This document shows positions 34,286 through 42,400 of a DNA stretch of 45,595 nt, one piece after another. Under the pieces are notes generated by a model. It searched no databases and was not told where the DNA came from. It worked only from the letters and a program-made list of their open reading frames with translations. A program made the position numbers and the translations under genes. How positions within the stretch are numbered: position 1 is the stretch's first letter; each line of letters opens with the position of its first letter. The stretch comes from an uncultured Erysipelotrichaceae bacterium (GTDB taxonomy: Bacteria; Bacillota_I; Bacilli_A; RFN20; CAG-826), in contig CACYJD010000001.1 in the NCBI GenBank assembly GCA_902774655.1, positions 1-45,595 on the forward strand, in the 5' to 3' direction.

Positions 34286-34867
34286 ATGAAAATTACTGTC
34301 AATTTAGAAACTGAAGGATTAGTTGAAAACGATAATATCTTCACTCCTTCACCAACAAGAACAGCCGCCATTACTGTTAAAGAACTTAATGGCAAAACTA
34401 TTTATCTTACTCCTAAAGAAGCTGATTCCTATAGGAGACTTCAACAACGCTTATGGCAACAATCACAAAGGGAGGGAAGATGCATAGTCTTCTCAGAACG
34501 TTATGGTGCTAAAGTATGCCGTGGCAACTGCTCCCAATGCGAAAAAGCACGTGACCGTTATCCATTATCAATTGAAGCTTTGACTGAAAAAATAGGCCAC
34601 GAGCCTAATACTGGCGAGTTTGCTGATAGGCAAGAAGCTGAAGATCCAAGAAAAATCTATGAGCGCAAAGAAACAATGATGTTTATCAAAAAGGCCATGG
34701 ATGAAATTGGAGCTAATGTCTTCGATATCTGTTGGAGAAGAATTGTCTTGGAAGAGTCAATTCAAATTATTGCTGATGATTATGGCATCAACAGAGAAAC
34801 GCTTCGCAAGATGATTATAAAATGGACAAAAATACTCCAAGATAAACTTGCTTGGCTTAAAAACTAA
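34286..34867 (+). CDS. Sigma-70 region-4-like / HTH DNA-binding protein with a Cys cluster (putative regulator)
   Basis: 193 aa. The C-terminus ESIQIIADDYGINRETLRKMIIKW is HTH-like. The central part has CRGNCSQCEK. The RBS is weak. Confidence 0.45.
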   Translation: MKITVNLETEGLVENDNIFTPSPTRTAAITVKELNGKTIYLTPKEADSYRRLQQRLWQQSQREGRCIVFSERYGAKVCRGNCSQCEKARDRYPLSIEALTEKIGHEPNTGEFADRQEAEDPRKIYERKETMMFIKKAMDEIGANVFDICWRRIVLEESIQIIADDYGINRETLRKMIIKWTKILQDKLAWLKN

Positions 34868-34875
34868 TATCAATT

Positions 34876-34920
34876 AAGTGGCGATTTGCAATGAAAATAC
34901 TTCAGAAAGCCACTTTTTTT
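34876..34920 (+). terminator. Possible rho-independent terminator
   Basis: AAGTGGC (34876-34882) pairs with GCCACTT (34909-34915) and is followed by a T run. The loop is long (26 nt), so this is only moderate. Confidence 0.4.
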
Positions 34921-34951
34921 AATTGAAATACATAGCGAATTATCAAAATAA

Positions 34952-36349
34952 CTAATCGCCATATCTTCCATTTATTACATCAAAAATATAATCACTATTT
35001 AGCCAGAAACACTGCTTCGTATATTCCGTGGCACCAGTTAATGCATCTGGTACTGGTAACGGATTAGTATCAGAAGCATTTAAACCGTGTGGTCTTATAT
35101 GAAAGTAGCCGTTTTGTGATGCCTTAGGAAAATTATTTAATCTAATTTGACGACCGCTTGATAATGTTTGGAAACCTCTAACGATTTGTCCAGTGCTTAA
35201 AATCCTTTTTAGTTCTTCAAAGACTTGTCTTCCCTCTGTGTCTAATATTTCTTCTGGAATTGACCAGAACATAGTTTTAGTAAAAACATACTCGCCATTA
35301 ATTTTATGGAATATAGCAAAAAGGAACTTTTGGTTTATCATAGACTCCCTAAAACTACTATCTTCCCATTCTTCATTAACAACATCAATGAAGCTGAAGG
35401 CCGGAAAGGACATGTTCTCTCTAATATATCCTTCTTCTTCAACTCTTATAGTTTTTAGTGTTATGTTTGCTTTTTGGAATTCGTCTAACTTATTGACCTT
35501 TCCCGTTGCACCAAGCATGTAAGCGATATATCGTTCAAACCTATCTTTTGATTCAACCATTCTTCCAAAGCAATTAATTAGATCGCTTTCAGAGTATCCT
35601 ATAAAAGGTTGCAGTCTAGAAATAACAATATCTTCAAATGTTCTTGCGCTAAGTTCAGCGGCATTTGTTATTCTCTCAACATCTTCATTGGTCATCAAGT
35701 TTCTAATAACTTGTGTCATATAACTTGGTTTAAGAGAAAATTTTCGTGGTTTTAAGTCTATTCCAAAAAGATTAGATGCATATCTATCTAGTTGTCCGTG
35801 TCCAGCACCTGAAGTACATGCCGCTAAATAGTTAGTGTCACGTTCTGAAATATTTTCAGGATAGCCACTTTGAATTTTTGCGCTTAATATTTCATAGTCT
35901 TTTTTAATTATTTCGATATCTTCTGGAGAAAATCTATGAAGAAATCCGTGAATCAATCTCATCTCGCCATATGGCCTTCCTTCTAAATACTCATACAAAG
36001 CAAAAAGAAGATTTTGGCATTTATGCCATACGTAGCTATTTTCAAAACTAGTGTTAGAAGTTTCTTCGTAACTAAAAGAACATAAAGGAACTCTTTCTTT
36101 AAAAGTTACGCCAGCTCTTTTTCTTAAGATGCCTGTAGTCTTTAGTTCTATTCCTAGATTAGGAAAATCGGCATTGTGATCAGAATTGATAGGGTAATGA
36201 AAAACGCCCTCTTCTACTATTTGGCCTAGAACACCTTTGTTGCCGTTACCAACCAATCTATGATTAACATCGAGTTCATAAAAAGTTTTACCAATAGCTG
36301 GTTCAAACTGCATCATTAGCTCTTCAACAGAATTGTACTTAACACTCAT
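34952..36349 (-). CDS. Sau3AI-family (tandem MutH-like) type II restriction endonuclease, predicted GATC specificity
   Basis: 465 aa. N-terminus NKGVLGQIVEE...DFPNLGIELKTT is MutH/Sau3AI-like. The segments MSFPAFSFIDVVNEEWEDS, FWSIPEE, HIRPHG and TKQCFWLNSDYI match my recollection of R.Sau3AI. Confidence 0.8.
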   Translation of the reverse strand: MSVKYNSVEELMMQFEPAIGKTFYELDVNHRLVGNGNKGVLGQIVEEGVFHYPINSDHNADFPNLGIELKTTGILRKRAGVTFKERVPLCSFSYEETSNTSFENSYVWHKCQNLLFALYEYLEGRPYGEMRLIHGFLHRFSPEDIEIIKKDYEILSAKIQSGYPENISERDTNYLAACTSGAGHGQLDRYASNLFGIDLKPRKFSLKPSYMTQVIRNLMTNEDVERITNAAELSARTFEDIVISRLQPFIGYSESDLINCFGRMVESKDRFERYIAYMLGATGKVNKLDEFQKANITLKTIRVEEEGYIRENMSFPAFSFIDVVNEEWEDSSFRESMINQKFLFAIFHKINGEYVFTKTMFWSIPEEILDTEGRQVFEELKRILSTGQIVRGFQTLSSGRQIRLNNFPKASQNGYFHIRPHGLNASDTNPLPVPDALTGATEYTKQCFWLNSDYIFDVINGRYGD

Positions 36350-36488
36350 AAAAATAGTCTATCAAAGTTGAGTGTTCTTTTACAGCACGCATTTACGCAC
36401 GTATATAACAATAAATTATCTAAAGAATTTATTTGATCTTTACATTTTTTCCTTGATCCTGTATTATCTTTAGTGTAGACTTAAGCAT

Positions 36489-37742
36489 ATGAAAAAGACT
36501 GTTATTGAATTATTCGCAGGTGTTGGTGGGTTCAGAGTTGGACTCAATAACATCACCACTATTGGAGAAGATGGTAGAGCCATAGAAAAAGGTCCATGGA
36601 AATTTGTATGGGCCAATCAATGGGAACCATCAACTAAAACTCAGCATGCTTTTGATTGCTATAACATGCGTTTCCCACACGCGGTCGATAACTCAAATAT
36701 TGATATTTCTAAAGTAGACAAAGCGAGCATACCCGACCACACGCTACTCACAGGCGGGTTCCCGTGTCAGGATTACTCGGTCGCACATACACTCTCACAC
36801 TCACATGGTATCGAAGGCAAAAAAGGTGTCCTTTGGTGGCAAATCAATGAAATCTTGCAGGTTAAAAGACCACCATTCGTTTTGTTAGAAAATGTTGACC
36901 GTTTAGTTAAATCGCCAGCAAGACAAAGAGGACGTGATTTTGGTATCATGCTCCGCTGCTTATCTGAAGCTGGATATGCAATGGAATGGAGAATCATTAA
37001 CGCAGCTGATTATGGTCATCCACAACGCCGTAGAAGAATCTACATATTTGCCTTCCATAATAGCACCAAACACTATAAGGAAATGGCAACTTTAACTCCT
37101 GCTCAAATCATCTCTAAAAAAGGTGTGTTTGCTAAAGAATTCCCAATCGAATCATTCGATGAAAATAAGATAAAAGTATTTGATTTTGTAGAAAAATATG
37201 GGGATTTAGTAGAGGTTTCCGATAAATTTAAAGCAGAATTCGAGAATGCAGGATTCATGATCGGCAATAAGGTTTACACTGTTAAGACCAAACCAATCGA
37301 AGAAGCTCCTATCACTCTCGGACAAATAGCAGAAAAAGACGGAGTTGATGCCCACTACTTCTTAAACGAAAACCAACGCAAAAAGTATGAATATCTCCGA
37401 GGTTCAAAGAAAATTCCTAGAAAAGATAAAAATGGATTTGAATATATGTATTCAGAAGGAGCGATGAGTCCTTACGATGAATTATCACTTCCAGCTAGAA
37501 CGATGCTAACTTCCGAAGGAACTACTAACAGAAGCACACATATTATTAAGGATCCTAAAGAAGGCAAACTTAGAATCTTAACACCAGTTGAATGCGAAAG
37601 AATAAATCAATTCCCTGACAACTGGACAAATTCCGGTATGCCTGAGAAGAGAAGATACTTCATGATGGGTAACGCACTGGTGTGTGGCATCATCAAAAAG
37701 ATAGGAAATCAACTTAAAAAGATTATAGAAAAAGAGGACTAG
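36489..37742 (+). CDS. DNA cytosine-5 methyltransferase, M.Sau3AI-like
   Basis: 417 aa. Motifs: ELFAGVGGF (I), GGFPCQDYS (IV), LLENV (VI), QRRRRIYIF (VIII), GNALV (X). WANQWEPS...QHAFDCY is as in M.Sau3AI. It is divergent from the endonuclease gene. Confidence 0.9.
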   Translation: MKKTVIELFAGVGGFRVGLNNITTIGEDGRAIEKGPWKFVWANQWEPSTKTQHAFDCYNMRFPHAVDNSNIDISKVDKASIPDHTLLTGGFPCQDYSVAHTLSHSHGIEGKKGVLWWQINEILQVKRPPFVLLENVDRLVKSPARQRGRDFGIMLRCLSEAGYAMEWRIINAADYGHPQRRRRIYIFAFHNSTKHYKEMATLTPAQIISKKGVFAKEFPIESFDENKIKVFDFVEKYGDLVEVSDKFKAEFENAGFMIGNKVYTVKTKPIEEAPITLGQIAEKDGVDAHYFLNENQRKKYEYLRGSKKIPRKDKNGFEYMYSEGAMSPYDELSLPARTMLTSEGTTNRSTHIIKDPKEGKLRILTPVECERINQFPDNWTNSGMPEKRRYFMMGNALVCGIIKKIGNQLKKIIEKED

Positions 37743-37767
37743 TTAATTAGCTAATCCTCTTATTATT

Positions 37768-38220
37768 TTATTCTGTGAAGCTTTTTTCTATCCATAAAAG
37801 CCATTTTTTTACAGTTTGATATCTTCTTTCATAGAGCTCATCACTGTATTGCGGATATTCTGCTTTGATTATGTCTATGACTTCTTCCTTTTCCAATTTG
37901 ACTCCATATACTTTTTCTGTAACATAGACTGTTCCAAATACTTTATCGGACATCAATAACCTTATAAGTTCTATTCTTTGCTTCGTTGGAGAAAGGTTTC
38001 TAACATAACATCCCACCTCAGTGAAATGCTTATCTTTAGAAATAAGCCCTAAATACATCGCCGCAGAAAGATAGTACATCACTTGTCTATCGGTGACATT
38101 TTCCAAAACAAAGCTAATGTACTTCTTATCACTTAGTTTAGATTCGTCAGGAATATTAATTAGTGATATTACCTTTTCAAAATCATCGGCTTGAGGGAAT
38201 GGTATATCATTTCTTTCCAT
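37768..38220 (-). CDS. 150-aa protein of unknown function, third gene of the DGQHR-Dam operon (possibly a winged-helix DNA-binding protein)
   Basis: It overlaps the Dam-like gene by 14 nt. It is predicted helical and shows no catalytic motif. Confidence 0.5.
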   Translation of the reverse strand: MERNDIPFPQADDFEKVISLINIPDESKLSDKKYISFVLENVTDRQVMYYLSAAMYLGLISKDKHFTEVGCYVRNLSPTKQRIELIRLLMSDKVFGTVYVTEKVYGVKLEKEEVIDIIKAEYPQYSDELYERRYQTVKKWLLWIEKSFTE

Positions 38221-39046
38221 AAATTAGAACCTCTCTTACTGTTCTACGCCCACTATTATTACCGCTAATATTTCTATGGACATCTAAATAATTAAATTTA
38301 TATTTTGTTTTTGGGAATATTTCATTAACAAAAGCTGTGGAGTTATTGCTAATTATAACAATCGCTCCTTTTTCAATCAGCGAATCACAAAGATTTTCTA
38401 GTCGTTGTAAATCTTCCCTTGAAAAACCAGTGCTTGTGTATGATGTGAAGCCGGATGGCTCATAATCATATGGCGGATCTAAATATACGTAGTCGCCTTT
38501 TTTGGCACCTGAAACTGCATCAATAAAGTCGCAATTAAGAATCTCAACACCAGGTTTATTTAAATAAGCTGATATTTGTCTAATTTTCTCTTCACAAACT
38601 ATTTCATGTTTTCCACTAGTAGTTCTGCCTAATGGCACATTAAAGAAACCTTTAGAGTTAACTCTATACAAGCCATTAAAACATGTTCTATTTAAATAAA
38701 TAATTCTTGCTGCCTTTTTCAAAGGGGACATCTTTTTATAAGAAGGTAATCTATCTAAATCACGAATTTGGTAAAAGTAATCATGAGAGTGCTTTTTATC
38801 ATGTTCTTTTAACAATTTTATAAGCTCTTCTGGATTATCGCGAATTTGGATATAAACGTTATATAATTCTGGATTTAAATCGTTTATTGTAACATTCGGA
38901 CATTCTAAAGCAAAAGTTAATGAGCCGCCACCGAAGAATGGCTCAAATAACCTATGCTTCTTAAGTTCTTCTATATCTATTAATTGAATGATATTAGAGA
39001 CAAGCTTTCTTTTTCCACCTGCCCACTTTAATACTGGTTCCATCAT
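38207..39046 (-). CDS. Dam-family (D12 class) DNA N6-adenine methyltransferase
   Basis: 279 aa. Motifs: LKWAGGKRKL, EPFFGGGS, YLDPPY. Its start overlaps the upstream stop (TAATG). Confidence 0.9.
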   Translation of the reverse strand: MMEPVLKWAGGKRKLVSNIIQLIDIEELKKHRLFEPFFGGGSLTFALECPNVTINDLNPELYNVYIQIRDNPEELIKLLKEHDKKHSHDYFYQIRDLDRLPSYKKMSPLKKAARIIYLNRTCFNGLYRVNSKGFFNVPLGRTTSGKHEIVCEEKIRQISAYLNKPGVEILNCDFIDAVSGAKKGDYVYLDPPYDYEPSGFTSYTSTGFSREDLQRLENLCDSLIEKGAIVIISNNSTAFVNEIFPKTKYKFNYLDVHRNISGNNSGRRTVREVLIYGKK

Positions 39047-41307
39047 TATTGATTTTCAATTAGCCAATCATACACATCTTTAATCTTTTTAAATTCAGAT
39101 CTTGTGATTTGCTTTCCATTATTGATTCTAGACTCAGAATAAGACATGGATTTTAACCAATCTAGAGTTTCGGCCCTATTCTTTTGGTCGTTTGGATTAA
39201 CTAAGACATCCTTTAAGAATGTTGTCCAGTTTGTTTTATAACAAGCTATTTTACAAACATCGTCAAATCCTATCATTTCCCAGAATTCAATGTCCCTATC
39301 AACACCATTTCTAGAGTTTTTGACTTTTAAACTGGCAATATCTCTACTTACTCTAAGAGCCAAATCCTCAGGTATATATTCGTTTTGCCAATTTGCATTT
39401 TCAACAAATTTTTCTTTTATACTATCAATAATCTTTTGTTTGATTTTTGAAACGAACTCGGAAGCTTCAGGATTATAATCCACGCAATACTCATTGATAT
39501 ATTTTTCCAAATCTTCATTGGTGAATTCACTATTATTGTGATTAAAGGCAACCTGCAATGCTCTCCAAGATGTTTCTTTAGCACTACCGCCTTTTGCGGT
39601 TTTAATTTCATTTCTTCTTTCAATTGGTAAATTATTTATAGTATCTGCCAAGGAAACAATCCAATCTTCGCATTTATTCCATAAATCATCAACATCGTAA
39701 ATGACAGAAGGAAGATTGTATTTTTTAATAACCAAATCAACAATATCGCCAATTACTCTTATAACCGCCACCATCATGTTATTTATTGTTAAATAACCGG
39801 CAGAGCCTTTTTCCCATTCTTCTTGGCAGAACTGTTCAATAGTATCTAAACACTTCTTTAGGAATGGATAAATAACATCCGCTGTTTCTCTGCTTTCAGT
39901 TCTATCTAAAACACCATGCTCAGATATTTCGTTCTTTTTATATTTATTAAAGAAGGAGGTCTTTTCAATGGCGTTCTTTAAATATTCAATAGTAATGCAA
40001 CGTCTATCTGTAACTGTATTCTCACCAGTAACAACTCTGCCGTATAGAGGAGAGTCTTTGTCTTCGCCTAATTTTTGACAAATATGAAGAATCACAGCTT
40101 CTTTTCTCTTTGCTAGTTCAGGTGAGTCCCAATTAAGGTCAATAATTAAAGTATTTCTTAGTGATTTAGAAACAGCTTTTTGATTTTCATTAATATCCAT
40201 GAACATTCTTACTTGTTCATCTTTGTCCATATTAACAAAAGCTACTACTGGGACCGTGTTTGATGATGCAAATCTAGATTCTGAGTATCCGTATAATCTA
40301 TGTTGACCATCAATAACATATGCAGATTGGTACTCTTTTGGTAAATGCAATATACCAATTCTAGAAACAGAAGAGGTGTTTTGTGATGCCAAATCGAATT
40401 GAAGGCCCCTCTTTGCATCAATAGAAATAATTAATGAGTTAGGGAAATATCCGCCGTTGTTAACGAACTCTCTAATCTTTTTAAGCCTGTCCTTTTTGAT
40501 TAATCTTTGGTAGGTAGGCATTAAATCGTGATTCGCGTTTGTTCTATGTAAAATGTAAGAAATCTTTAATAAACGTTCTGGCTCAATCAAAAAAGCATAA
40601 TATGTGTATCCGCCCATTTTGCCTTCAATAGCAGGAATCTTTTCATCCATTCCTTTGATTGTTTGGTGAGCAAATAAACTACCTAGTAATTGGTATCTTG
40701 CCGCACTGCCAAGATGATCTACCAAAGCTTTATAGTAGCTTACTGTTTCATCGTCAAAATAAGCAATTTTAGCGTTGGCTAAACGGTCTCTATCTTGAGA
40801 ACCAAGAACGTAGTTCTTTGTGGCAAATATATACTTAAATTTACGTCCTGGATATTCCTTGCTAATTTCTCTAACGAGTCCTTTATATTTACTTTCCATC
40901 TCAGCTATTTCTTGAAGCCAAGATTTATTACGCTCGAATTTTTCAGTTTCCTTGCATTCAATGAATAAGCAGGTTTCATCATCAATAGCAATGACATCTA
41001 ATTGTTTTGTTAAATCTGGGTATTCCTCTGAATATGATAATTTAAAATGCCTATCAGCATTCATGACAGTAAAGCCCATTTTATAGAAAATCATCCATAC
41101 TTCATCTTCGAAAGCATCACCGATTTTCTTTGGCTGCATCATTAAAGCGGAGCCATTTTTATATGTTTTTTTAACAACCCATCCCTGAGATTCTTTAGTT
41201 TGAATAAGTGCCGCATCAAATTTTTCTTCAACACCATCTTTGCTTCTAATTGCCGCTGCAGCTGCCAAAGCTTCACCACTAGCTAAATGTTCCCAGTTCG
41301 TTGCCAT
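39046..41307 (-). CDS. Fusion protein: N-terminal PD-(D/E)xK nuclease-like domain, DndB-type DGQHR (ParB/Srx-fold) domain, and a long helical C-terminal region
   Basis: 753 aa from the ATG at 41307 (RBS GGAGGATGTTTATG). LDVIAIDDETCLFIECK gives D106...E119-x-K121. FPNSLIISI, VIDGQHRLYG (nt 40297-40311 encode DGQHR) and FMDINENQKAV are the DndB-type motifs. Confidence 0.75.
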   Translation of the reverse strand: MATNWEHLASGEALAAAAAIRSKDGVEEKFDAALIQTKESQGWVVKKTYKNGSALMMQPKKIGDAFEDEVWMIFYKMGFTVMNADRHFKLSYSEEYPDLTKQLDVIAIDDETCLFIECKETEKFERNKSWLQEIAEMESKYKGLVREISKEYPGRKFKYIFATKNYVLGSQDRDRLANAKIAYFDDETVSYYKALVDHLGSAARYQLLGSLFAHQTIKGMDEKIPAIEGKMGGYTYYAFLIEPERLLKISYILHRTNANHDLMPTYQRLIKKDRLKKIREFVNNGGYFPNSLIISIDAKRGLQFDLASQNTSSVSRIGILHLPKEYQSAYVIDGQHRLYGYSESRFASSNTVPVVAFVNMDKDEQVRMFMDINENQKAVSKSLRNTLIIDLNWDSPELAKRKEAVILHICQKLGEDKDSPLYGRVVTGENTVTDRRCITIEYLKNAIEKTSFFNKYKKNEISEHGVLDRTESRETADVIYPFLKKCLDTIEQFCQEEWEKGSAGYLTINNMMVAVIRVIGDIVDLVIKKYNLPSVIYDVDDLWNKCEDWIVSLADTINNLPIERRNEIKTAKGGSAKETSWRALQVAFNHNNSEFTNEDLEKYINEYCVDYNPEASEFVSKIKQKIIDSIKEKFVENANWQNEYIPEDLALRVSRDIASLKVKNSRNGVDRDIEFWEMIGFDDVCKIACYKTNWTTFLKDVLVNPNDQKNRAETLDWLKSMSYSESRINNGKQITRSEFKKIKDVYDWLIENQ

Positions 41308-41577
41308 AAACATCCTCCGCTATATATTTTATGTTTATAAACTTTAAGCATTATATCACAAATATAACGCTTCTTCACTATAGTTATATCTTTTTGACCA
41401 GTAGTTATGTTTTTGAACAGTATTGAGAATATGATTTCTTGATTTTTATCAAAAAATGGCCCATTTTGAGGCGGACCATAAATGCTATAATTGTAAAAAG
41501 TTAGATTATATCTAAAGAAAAAGGACTGACACTATTGTATCAATCCTATGTTTCTAAGTTGGTGCCCATGGTCGTAA

Positions 41578-41681
41578 CCTATATGGAAACACATACTGTT
41601 TCACCATAGGTGTATCTGTTTCGTCATAGGGGGTATGTGTTTCACCATAGGTTTTTCAAATAATAGAAATTTTACCATAAT
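41578..41681. repeat. Iteron-like array of a 14-bp motif TGTTTCACCATAGG
   Basis: Direct copies lie at 41597-41610, 41617-41630 (2 mismatches) and 41638-41651, spaced 20-21 bp apart. A degenerate inverted copy lies at 41578-41591 and a partial copy near 41668-41681. Related gtcgtaacctata / gtcgttataaccactacctata segments flank the array. Confidence 0.7.
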
Positions 41682-41807
41682 TTTAAGGTGTCGTTATAAC
41701 CACTACCTATATTGAAATAGTTAAAAATAAAGAAAAAATGAGCATTTAAGCCCATTTTCTGCAACAACCCTCTATCTGTACTTTGTATCAAAGTAATAAT
41801 ACTTAGG

Positions 41808-41881
41808 TGGCAGGGGTGACAAGAATCGAACTCGCATCAGCGGTTTTGGAGACCGTTGCACTGCCATTGTGCTACACCCCT
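41808..41881 (-). tRNA. tRNA-Trp (anticodon CCA), 74 nt with an encoded CCA end
   Basis: Cloverleaf folded by hand. Acceptor AGGGGTG/CACCCCT (7 bp); D stem GCAC/GTGC; anticodon loop CTCCAAA; T loop TTCGATT; discriminator G followed by CCA. Confidence 0.9.
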
Positions 41882-41933
41882 ATATTGCGCTTTGATATTA
41901 TTACATAAATATTTTAAATATTCATCAATTTTA

Positions 41934-42395
41934 TTAATAATTTTCTACGCTTATTAATTCACCTTGGCTATAGACTAATTTCATTTTGAAATAGTTTTCA
42001 TGATTAATCAGCTTTGGTAAGAATGCTTTATCTCCTTCCCACATTGGATAATCATAAATATCTTTGATTGGAATCCATCTTAATTCGCCTTCATTACATT
42101 CGATTAATACACCACTGAAGTCAGTAACTTCATAGACGTACATCATCATTTTTAATTGATCGTCTATAAAAAGGACTTCACCAGCGCATTTTAAAGAATG
42201 AATATTTAAACCTGTTTCTTCTTTTGTTTCTCTAATCGCACATTCATCAATGGATTCGTGAGCTTCTCTTCTTCCACCGACACCAATCCATTTGTTTTTA
42301 TTGATATCGTTTTTCTTTTTATTGCGATATAAAAGAAGATAACAATTATCTTTTTTAAGATAAACAACTGTTGTATCGATAATATTGTTATCCAT
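41934..42395 (-). CDS. Nudix hydrolase (MutT-like)
   Basis: 153 aa. Nudix box: GVGGRREAHESIDECAIRETKEETGL. Confidence 0.85.
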   Translation of the reverse strand: MDNNIIDTTVVYLKKDNCYLLLYRNKKKNDINKNKWIGVGGRREAHESIDECAIRETKEETGLNIHSLKCAGEVLFIDDQLKMMMYVYEVTDFSGVLIECNEGELRWIPIKDIYDYPMWEGDKAFLPKLINHENYFKMKLVYSQGELISVENY

Positions 42396-42400
42396 TTAAA

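Larger units (their letters stand above)
1..41807. mobile_element. Integrated siphovirus-type prophage (about 1-30.6 kb) with a contiguous defence-gene island (30.6-41.3 kb), abutting the 3' end of tRNA-Trp; the left boundary lies outside the window
   Basis: The minus strand carries an unbroken series of phage modules (replication, packaging, head, tail, lysis). Defence genes then fill the space up to a tRNA whose 3' end faces the element. Host-type genes start only at 41934. No integrase and no att duplication were seen in the window. Confidence 0.6.

Noticed and set aside
41578-41681. Possibility that the 14-bp repeat array is a small CRISPR array
   Set aside because: The repeats are only 14 bp long with 6-7 bp between them. 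There are no spacer-length unique segments and no cas genes. No CRISPR array is seen anywhere in the window.
41934-42395. Nudix hydrolase as part of the defence island
   Set aside because: It is separated from the island by the tRNA gene, lies in an operon-like arrangement with host membrane and Opp genes, and has a typical housekeeping MutT-like size and motif.
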